Assembly: GCA_963714745.1 (NCBI GenBank)
Contig: CAVQPK010000005.1
Coordinates: 153,338-177,337, forward strand
Source: an uncultured Acidobacteriota bacterium
Lineage (GTDB): Bacteria; Acidobacteriota; Thermoanaerobaculia; Thermoanaerobaculales; Sulfomarinibacteraceae
Direction: 5' to 3'
Length of the DNA stretch: 24,000 bases
Under the pieces are notes generated by a model. The model saw only the letters and a program-made list of their open reading frames with translations. It made no database searches and was not told the DNA's origin. Numbering within the stretch: position 1 is the stretch's first letter; each line of letters starts with the position of its first letter. Shown in pieces: positions 1-6,780 of the stretch. A program made the translations under genes and the position numbers.

Positions 1-1282
1 GGGCGCCGATGAGCTCCTTCTGGGTCGGGGTGTTGATGCCCTGGAAGCAGGAGTCGATCACCATCGGCCACAGGGCGCCGAAGAAGACCTTGCCTGCGCC
101 CGCGGCACGGACCGCCTTCACGATCCGGGTCGCGTTGGTGCCCCGGACGATCGAGTCGTCGACCAGGAAGATGTTCTTGCCCTCGATCATCTTGGCGTCG
201 ACGCGGAAGTCGAGCATCGCCGCCTGGTTGCGGGCCTCCTGGGTTTCCTCCATGAAGATCCGGCCGCCGTAGCGGTACTTGGAGACCGGGGTCGCGTACT
301 GGACCACGGCCTCGGCGACCTCGCGCTCGAGCTTGTTGGCGAAAGCCTCGGCGCCCGGGATCGGGCTGTGGGGAATCGGCACCACGAGGTCGATCTCGGC
401 GACCAGCTCCGGGGCCTGCTCGAGCACCCACATCGCGAGCGAGCGTCCGGCCCGCCAGCGGTGGGACCGGTTCTTGTCGCCCATCATGCTCGACTCGACG
501 TCGGCGAAGTAGATCAGCTCGAAGGCGCACGGACGAGGGTCGCGTTGGAGCAGGATGCGCCGCTCGATCTCGAGATCGCGCCCGATCCAGAGGGCGGAGC
601 CGGCCGGAGGGTCCTCGAGGAGCTCGAAGACGTTCTGCTCCAGGGCGAGGGTCTCGGAGGCCACCATGATGGCGCCCCCCGAGCTGCGGGCGCGACGGCC
701 GACCACCATCGGCCGGAACCCGTGCGGGTCGCGGAAGGCGTAGATTCCGTCGGCGGTCGCCACCACCGTCGAGTAGGCGCCGGTGACACGCTGCTGCACC
801 TCGCCGATGGCCGCGAACATCAGCTCGCGCTCGCTGACACCCGGGCGCTCGCGCCGCAGGTGCTCGAGCCACAGCACCAGCACCCGCAGCAGCGCCTCGG
901 CGTCGCAGTCCGACGCCATCGCCTGGCCGCGACGCGCCAGCTCCGCGGCGACCTGGGGCACGTTGGTGATGTGGCCGTTGTGGGCGATCCCGACTCCCGC
1001 GATCGGGTCGAAGAACGGCTGGGCATTGTCCGCCCCACCGTGACCGGAGGTCTTGTATCGGGTGTGGGCGATGCCGATGTCGCCGGCGAGGTGGCCGAGC
1101 GGCTTGAAGATGTCGTCGGCCAGGCCCTCACCCTTCTCGAGGGCGACCCGCCGGCGCACCGGGTCCAACACGAGCAGGCCCGCGTAGGCCGGGCCCCGGT
1201 GCTGCAGGAAGTGGGCCCCGTTGGCGAGGTCGCGAACGACGGGCTGGCCGCGCTCGCTGATGACTCCCACGATGCCGCACAT
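1..1282 (-). CDS. purF: Amidophosphoribosyltransferase (glutamine-PRPP amidotransferase), 3' end truncated by window edge
   Basis: Manual reverse-strand translation from ATG 1282..1280 gives MCGIVGVISERGQ (N-terminal Cys of Ntn/class-II amidotransferases). It continues through IGIAHTRYKTSGHGGADNAQPF, IAHNGHITN, ASETLAL, CAFELIYFADVES and the PRTase loop NIFLVDDSIVRGTNATRI. The frame is open with no stop down to position 1, which is why it is absent from the ORF track. GGAGGGG RBS at 1287-1293. Confidence 0.93.
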   Translation of the reverse strand, partial: MCGIVGVISERGQPVVRDLANGAHFLQHRGPAYAGLLVLDPVRRRVALEKGEGLADDIFKPLGHLAGDIGIAHTRYKTSGHGGADNAQPFFDPIAGVGIAHNGHITNVPQVAAELARRGQAMASDCDAEALLRVLVLWLEHLRRERPGVSERELMFAAIGEVQQRVTGAYSTVVATADGIYAFRDPHGFRPMVVGRRARSSGGAIMVASETLALEQNVFELLEDPPAGSALWIGRDLEIERRILLQRDPRPCAFELIYFADVESSMMGDKNRSHRWRAGRSLAMWVLEQAPELVAEIDLVVPIPHSPIPGAEAFANKLEREVAEAVVQYATPVSKYRYGGRIFMEETQEARNQAAMLDFRVDAKMIEGKNIFLVDDSIVRGTNATRIVKAVRAAGAGKVFFGALWPMVIDSCFQGINTPTQKELIGA

Positions 1283-1730
1283 ACCGCCCCTCCAGTGCGA
1301 CATGATAGCCGCTCTTCTCCACCGCAGATCCCCCTCCCGCCCGGTTGAACCGCGAACCCTCGAAGAGCGCCAAGATCTCGGCACGACAGGACCCTGGAGA
1401 GGTCGTAGGTCTGATCGATCGGAGTCGCTTCGATCACTCGATGGGTCGGGCGGACTGGCGCCACAGCCGAGGTCGAAGGGCCGAGCAGCTCACCCCCTTC
1501 CTGACCTCCCTTCGCGTCCCTGGCGTGGTCGCGGTTCAACCGGACGCCGGGGTCGGAATCGGACCGGCAGTCCGATGAGGGGCCGGCTGCCCGTCGCCCG
1601 CTGCCCGACCCCGGACTGGAGCCTGGGTGTCAACGGAAGCGACCGCGTTCGCCCAGCGGTCATTCGGGTTGCGGACGCGGCCCGCGCTGAGCTCCTCTGC
1701 GCCCTCCCCGCACCTCTGGCACTCACCAGT

Positions 1731-1759
1731 TTGCGGGGGGCGGGGCCACGGGGGATAAT
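1731..1759 (+). promoter_or_regulatory. Candidate sigma70-type promoter for the acyl-CoA synthetase gene (TTGCGG - 17 nt - GATAAT)
   Basis: TTGCGG at 1731-1736 and GATAAT at 1754-1759, exactly 17 nt apart, 27 nt upstream of ATG 1786. GAGGAGG RBS at 1772-1778. Sequence pattern only. Confidence 0.35.
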
Positions 1760-1785
1760 CGTCCTCTGCCCGAGGAGGTCTCGTC

Positions 1786-3565
1786 ATGCCCGAGCGCACC
1801 GTTCTGGATCTCTACCGCTTCGACGTCGACGCCTCGCGCCCGCGGCACTACCTCCACGTGACGCCGGAGGGGCAGCGAACACTCTCGACCCAGCAGTTCT
1901 TCGCCCGCACGGCCGCGCTCGCCGACGCCCTCGCCGAGCTCGGGATCGCGCGCGGCGACCGGGTGATGCTGCTGTCGGAGAACCGGCCCGAGTGGCACAT
2001 CACGGATCTCGCGGTGCTCGACCTCGGGGCGGTGGACGTTCCGGTCTACGGCACTCTCACCGCGGACCAGATCGCCTACCAGGCAGCCGATTCGGGCGCC
2101 AAGGCTGCGGTGGTGGACGGCCCGGCCCAGCTCGCCAAGCTGCTCGAGGTCCGCGAGCGGTGCTCCGAGCTCGAGCACCTGATCCTGATCGACGGCGACG
2201 CGCCCGACGGCGTGCTTTCGTTCGAGGACCTCACGTCGTCGGCCGCGAGCGGGTCCTCGGGCGATCGCTTCTGGGCCCGCGCCCGCGAGGTCGAGGCCGA
2301 CGACCTGATGACCCTCATCTACACCTCGGGCACCACCGGCGAGCCCAAGGGCGTGATGTTGACCCACGACAATCTGGTCTCCAACGTCAAGTCGTCGGCG
2401 CCCCGGATCCCGGTCACGCGCCACGACCTGGCGCTCGAGTTCCTGCCGCTGTGCCACGTGCTCGAGCGCATGGTGGGCTACATCTACATGTGGCGGGCGA
2501 CCTCGAAGGCCTACTGCTCGGTCTACCATGTCGGCGACCTGCTCGGGGTGATCCGCCCGACCCTCTTCGCCGGGGTCCCCCGGTTCTACGAGAAGGTCCA
2601 GCAGAAGATCATGGACAAGGTCGCCGCCGCGCCGGCGGTGCGCCGCTCGCTCTTCGACTGGGCGCTCGGCGCCGGCCGCCACGCGGCCCATGCCCGCATC
2701 GCCGGCCGCGAGCAGGGCGCGGTCGAGGGGGCGGCCTTCCGTCTCGCGGATCGGCTGGTGCTCGGCAAGGTGCGCGACGCGATCGGCGGCCGGATCCGCT
2801 ACTGCCTCTCCGGCGGCGCCGAGCTTCCGCTCCATGTCGCGGAGTTCTTCCACGCTCTGGGCATCCAGCTGGTCGAGGGGTACGGGCTGACCGAGACCTC
2901 GCCGGTGATCGCGGTCAACGGCGCCGGCCGGGGCATGATCCGGCTCGGCACCGTCGGCAAGCCGCTCGAGGACGTCGAGGTCAAGATCGCCGAGCGACGG
3001 CGAGCTGCTGGTCCGCGGCCCCAACGTCATGAAGGGCTACTGGAACAAGCCCGAGCAGACCGCCGAGGTCTTCGACCGGGACGGGTTCTTCGCGACCGGC
3101 GACATCGCCGAGATCGACGAGGACGGTTTCCTGCTGATCGTCGACCGCAAGAAGGACCTGATCGTCACCGCCGGTGGCAAGAACGTCGCGCCTCAGCCGA
3201 TCGAAAGCCAGCTCAAGCGCTCTCGCTGGGTCGACAGCGCGGTCCTGATCGGCGACCGGCGCCCGTACATCGTCGCCCTGCTGACCCCGGCGGTGGAGGA
3301 GCTCGAGCGCTGGGCCGCGGCCCACAAGGTGCCGTTCGACTCGCTCGACCAGCTGCTCTCCCACCGTCAGGTCCAGGCCTTCCTCGACGAGGCCGTCACC
3401 GCCGCCAACGCCTCGCTGGCACGTTACGAGCAGATCAAGCACTGGCGGGTGCTGCCCACCGCCCTGACCATCGAGGACGGTCACCTGACGCCGACCCTGA
3501 AGGTCAAGAGGCGGGTGATCGAGCAGCAGTTCGCCCACCTGATCGAGGAGATGTACCGGCAGTGA
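1786..3565 (+). CDS. fadD: Long-chain fatty-acid--CoA ligase (AMP-dependent synthetase); reading frame interrupted by one extra base near 2995
   Basis: ATG 1786 follows the GAGGAGG RBS. AMP-binding signature LIYTSGTTGEPKGVMLTH and GYGLTETSP are present. After the break come GDIAEIDEDGFLLIVDRKKDLIVTAGGKNVAPQPIE and TPTLKVKRR; stop TGA 3563-3565. The frame from 1786 loses homology after VEVKIAE (ends 2994). The next frame continues DGELLVRGPNVMKGYWNKPEQ from 2996 (track ORF 3029..3565). 1780 nt = 593 codons + 1 base. Confidence 0.88.
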
Positions 3566-3601
3566 ACCGAGCCTCGCGACATCGGAATCCCGGAGGCTGA
3601 G

Positions 3602-4513
3602 GTGGCGCGGTCCACCCTGCTCGACCGGTTGCTCGGCACGCAGCTGTTGATCGTCACCGGCAAGGGCGGCGTCGGCAAGAGCGCGGTCACCGCGGCGCTC
3701 GGTCGGGTTCTGGCGCGAACGGGGCGACGCACCCTGCTGCTCGAGGTCGACCCGCGCGAAAACCTCCACCACCTGCTCGGGGTCGAGCCCTCGGGCGGCG
3801 AGGTGGTGGCCGCCGGGCCGCGGCTGTGGCTCCAGCATCTCGACGCGCGCGGGGTGCTCGACGACCTGGTGCGAGACAAGCTCAAGGTCCGGCTGCTGGT
3901 CGATCGAGTGCTGCAGAGCCCGATCCACCGGCACTTCACCGAGGGCGCCCCTGGCCTCAAGGAGACCGCGGTCTTCGGTCGCGTGCTGCGTATGCTCGAC
4001 GGTCACGTGCCGCGTCGACTGCCGACGCCGGAGTCGGTGCTGCTGGACGCCCCGGCGACCGGCCACGGGGTGACCTGGATGGCGGCCCCGCAGCTGGTCG
4101 CCGACGTGATCTCGTCGGGACCGATCGGGAGCATGGCGTCGGAGATCGCCGGCTTCCTCGCCGATCGCGAACGCTCCGGGGTGATCGTCGTGACCCTCGC
4201 GGAGGAGATGCCGATCCAGGAGACCCTCGAGCTCAACACCGCGCTCGACGAACGTTTCGGCCGCCGTCCGGAGCTGATCGTCGTGAACGGCCTCTACCCG
4301 GCGGTCCCGGCAAGCCTGAGGGGCGATCCGGACGATCTCCTCGATCGCCTCTGGCGCCGCCGCCGGCAGATCAACGACCGCGAGCTGGAACGGCTGCGCG
4401 CCCGGTGGGACGGCCCTCTCGTCGAGCTGCCCCTGCTCGGCGTCGATCGCGGGCCGCAGCTCGTGGAGGCCCTCGCCCGACATCTCGGGGATGCCCTCGC
4501 GGGGGACGCGTGA
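3602..4513 (+). CDS. ArsA/Get3-family P-loop ATPase (first of tandem pair)
   Basis: GTG 3602 with GGAGG at 3592-3596. Deviant Walker A LIVTGKGGVGKSAV with the signature Lys, DPRENLHHLLG, and LLDAPATGHG (equivalent of the DTAPTGHT switch). 303 aa. Stop TGA 4511-4513 overlaps the next start (GTGA). Confidence 0.8.
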   Translation: MARSTLLDRLLGTQLLIVTGKGGVGKSAVTAALGRVLARTGRRTLLLEVDPRENLHHLLGVEPSGGEVVAAGPRLWLQHLDARGVLDDLVRDKLKVRLLVDRVLQSPIHRHFTEGAPGLKETAVFGRVLRMLDGHVPRRLPTPESVLLDAPATGHGVTWMAAPQLVADVISSGPIGSMASEIAGFLADRERSGVIVVTLAEEMPIQETLELNTALDERFGRRPELIVVNGLYPAVPASLRGDPDDLLDRLWRRRRQINDRELERLRARWDGPLVELPLLGVDRGPQLVEALARHLGDALAGDA

Positions 4514-5569
4514 ACGTGCTCGAGGCCCCCCTGGTGGTCGTCGTCGGCTCGGGCGGAGTCGGCAAGACGACGCTCGCCGCCGCGATGGCGCTCGCCTCGG
4601 CCGGGCGCGGCCACGACACCCTCGTCGATGACCTTCGACCCGTCCCGCCGTCTCAAGGACACCCTCGGGGTGGCCGCTGGCGATGGGCTGGCATCGGAGA
4701 TCCCGGTCGCCGGACACGCCCGCCTCGCGGCGAGCCTTCTCGACGCCAGGCAGACCTTCGACCGTCTCGTCGAGCGGTACGCCCCCGACCCCGCGGCCCG
4801 GGAGCGGATCCTCACCAACCGCTTCTACGACCACCTTTCGGGCAGCCTCGCCGGGGTGCTCGAGTACATGGCCGTCGGAGCGGCTCTACGAGGTGCGCGA
4901 GCAGGGCGGCTGGTACGCGGGTGATCCTCGACACGCCACCGACCCGCCAGGCGCTCGACTTCCTCGAGGCGCCCGAGCGCATCGTCGGCTTCCTCGACTC
5001 CGGGGCGCTGCGGGTCGCCCTCAAACCGTGGTTCGACGCCGACGGCCAGCTGCGCGCCACCTCGCGGCTGGGGTTCGTCGGCCGCAACGTCGAGGCCTTC
5101 TTCGACCGCATGGTCGGGCTCGAGCTGCTGCGCGACATGGCCGAGTTCTTCCAGGCGTTCGCCCCGCTGTTCGACGGCTTCCGCCACCGCGCGCTCGAGG
5201 TGCAGCAGCTGCTGCGGTCGCCCGAGTCCCTGTTCGTGCTGGTCAGCGGCCCGGGGCCGGATCGGGTCGCCGACACCCTCTTCTTCGCCCGCCGTCTCGC
5301 ACGAGGCCGGCATGCACCTGGGCCCGGTGGTGGTCAACCGCGTGCACCCCACGAGCCCCCGCGGCGACCGCCCGGTGCCGGCCGATGGGAGAGCGCTGAT
5401 CTCATGGCTCGGGCGCCGCGACCGGCGCGGCGTCGAGGAGCTGGCGGCCCTGCTCGGCGGCTCGCACCCGCTGGTCGAGATCCCGCTCCAGCCGGACGAG
5501 CCCAGCGATCTCGAGTCGCTCGCAAAGCTCGGCGCCAGCCTGGAGGCCGCACTGACCGCGTTCCCGTGA
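4510..5569 (+). CDS. ArsA/Get3-family P-loop ATPase (second of tandem pair); reading frame interrupted four times by single extra bases
   Basis: GTG 4510 (or 4516). Motifs: VVVGSGGVGKTTLAAAMA P-loop, MTFDPSRRLKDTLG, ERLYEVREQGGWYA, VILDTPPTRQALDFLEAPERI, MHLGPVVVNRVHP. The conserved protein is recovered only by moving one frame forward at about 4627, 4877, 4920 and 5302. The pieces are visible in track ORFs 3826..5802, 4628..4924, 4683..5399 and 5312..5569. 1060 nt = 352 codons + 4 bases; stop TGA 5567-5569. Confidence 0.75.
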
Positions 5570-5647
5570 CGCGCACGGTCCTGCCGCCATCGCTGCGTCG
5601 GTTCCTCCCTCGCCTGCCTGGGGAGACATGCAGGCTAGAATCATCCT

Positions 5648-6568
5648 GTGGACGATCGCACCACCAAGGACGAGATCTCGACCGCCGAGCTTCCGACCCT
5701 GTCCGGCTCATCCGCCCAGTCGGCGCCGGAGCACGAACCCTGTGCCGTGATGGTGGTGCTCGAGGGGTGGGAGCCCGGGCGGGTGATCGAGATCGGCCGT
5801 GACGACCTTCTGGTCGGTCGCTCGGTCTCCGCCAACCTCTCCATCCCGAGCCCGACCATCTCGCGTCGGCACGCCCGGCTGGTCTGCGAGCCTGGCGACC
5901 CGCCAAGCCACCGCATCACCGACCTCGGCTCGGCCAACGGGGTGTGGGTGAACGGGCGGGCGGTGCGCGACGCCCGGCTCGCGGACCGCGACACGGTGCA
6001 GCTCGGCGAGGTGGTCCTGAAGTACGTGCTCAACGACCCCGGCGAGCGTGAGCTGTATCGCGAGCTGCACCGCCGACTGCACTTCGACCCGCTCACCGGA
6101 CTGCTCATGCTCGACGCCTTCATGGACCGGCTCCGGGTCGAGATCTCCCGCGGCGCCGGGCCGTTTTCGTTGGTGATGACCGACCTCGACGGCCTCAAGT
6201 CGGTCAACGACCGGTGGGGCCATCCGGTGGGACGGTCGGTGGTCCGGGAGATGGGCTCGATGATCCGGTCCGTGCTGCGGCCCGGCGACCGTGCCGGTCT
6301 GGCCGGCGGCGACGAGGCGATCCTGCTGCTGCCGGCAACCCGCGCAGAGGACGCCCTCGAGATCTGCGAGCGCCTCCGTCGCACGGTCGAGGCCCGGAGC
6401 CTCGAGGCCGGCGAGGAGACCTTCAGCCTCACCATCACCCAGGGGGTGGCCGAGTGGCCGGCGGACGGCGAGTCCGCCGAAGACCTGGTCGCGGCCGCCG
6501 ACAGCGCTCTTGCCGCCGCCAAGGAAGCCGGCCGCAACCGAACCCACCGCGCCGGACCGTCGCCCTGA
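5648..6568 (+). CDS. FHA domain - GGDEF domain protein (putative diguanylate cyclase, variant GGDEA motif)
   Basis: N-terminal FHA pattern VIEIGRDDLLVGRSVSANLSIPSPTISRRHARLV...ITDLGSANGVWVNGRAV. C-terminal GGDEF domain FDPLTGLLMLDAF...LVMTDLDGLKSVNDRWGHPVGR...RPGDRAGLAGGDEAILLLP...TITQGVAEW...ADSALAAAKEAGRNR. GTG 5648 is the first start codon after an in-frame TAG (5636-5638), and no RBS is visible. Confidence 0.85.
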   Translation: MDDRTTKDEISTAELPTLSGSSAQSAPEHEPCAVMVVLEGWEPGRVIEIGRDDLLVGRSVSANLSIPSPTISRRHARLVCEPGDPPSHRITDLGSANGVWVNGRAVRDARLADRDTVQLGEVVLKYVLNDPGERELYRELHRRLHFDPLTGLLMLDAFMDRLRVEISRGAGPFSLVMTDLDGLKSVNDRWGHPVGRSVVREMGSMIRSVLRPGDRAGLAGGDEAILLLPATRAEDALEICERLRRTVEARSLEAGEETFSLTITQGVAEWPADGESAEDLVAAADSALAAAKEAGRNRTHRAGPSP

Positions 6569-6583
6569 CCCGCAGAGTTGGCG

Positions 6584-6635
6584 TTCACCACCAAGGCACC
6601 AAGACACCACGAGAAACGAAGAGATCCGGGTCTGG
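6584..6635 (+). repeat. Post-stop C/A-rich CACCA-periodic repeat, copy A1 (sense with FHA-GGDEF gene)
   Basis: TTCACCACCAAGGCACCAAGACACCACGAGaaacgaagaGATCCGGGTC starts 17 nt after TGA 6566-6568. The core is T-free, with CACCA at 6589, 6597 and 6605 (8-nt period). 6586-6603 is the exact reverse complement of 6730-6747. Confidence 0.7.
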
Positions 6636-6702
6636 AGGGCCATCCTGAGTCCGCCCTCACCCTCGTGGAGCGGCGTATCACACCGCTCATCGGGCCGCTC
6701 AT

Positions 6703-6750
6703 CCGAGTGGACCCGCGATGACTTGGTGCCTTGGTGCCTTGGTGGTGTGC
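6703..6750 (-). repeat. Post-stop C/A-rich CACCA-periodic repeat, copy A2 (sense with HerA-like gene)
   Basis: Minus-strand reading: gcaCACCACCAAGGCACCAAGGCACCAAGtcatCGCGGGTCCactcgg, starting 33 nt after the TAG (6783..6781) of the HerA-like gene. On the plus strand it appears as CTTGGTGC x2 + CTTGGTGG in tandem (6722-6745). Confidence 0.7.
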
Positions 6751-6780
6751 CCCGGCGCGAGACGGACCGGGTGTGCCCGC

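Noticed and set aside
1443-1500. GGGTCGGGCGGACTGGCG, reminiscent of the ZTP (pfl) riboswitch 5' core GGGUCGUGACUGGCG next to a purine gene
   Set aside because: The motif is on the plus strand, pointing away from purF. I could not find the P1 partner CGACCC or the 3' CCGCCUGGGCA pseudoknot element downstream. The similarity is limited to about 15 nt recalled from memory.
3826-5802. 658-aa plus-strand ORF covering both ArsA-like genes and the start of the GGDEF gene
   Set aside because: It is a chimera. It is in the correct frame only for 4510-4626 and 4921-5301 of the second ArsA-like gene; everywhere else it is off-frame Arg/Pro-rich sequence.
6584-6750. Short tandem 8-nt units (CTTGGTGC x3, CACCAAGN x3) considered as a possible CRISPR or tandem-repeat array
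   Set aside because: The units are contiguous with no spacers, only three per site, and there are no cas genes. They are better described as internal periodicity of the post-stop repeat family.
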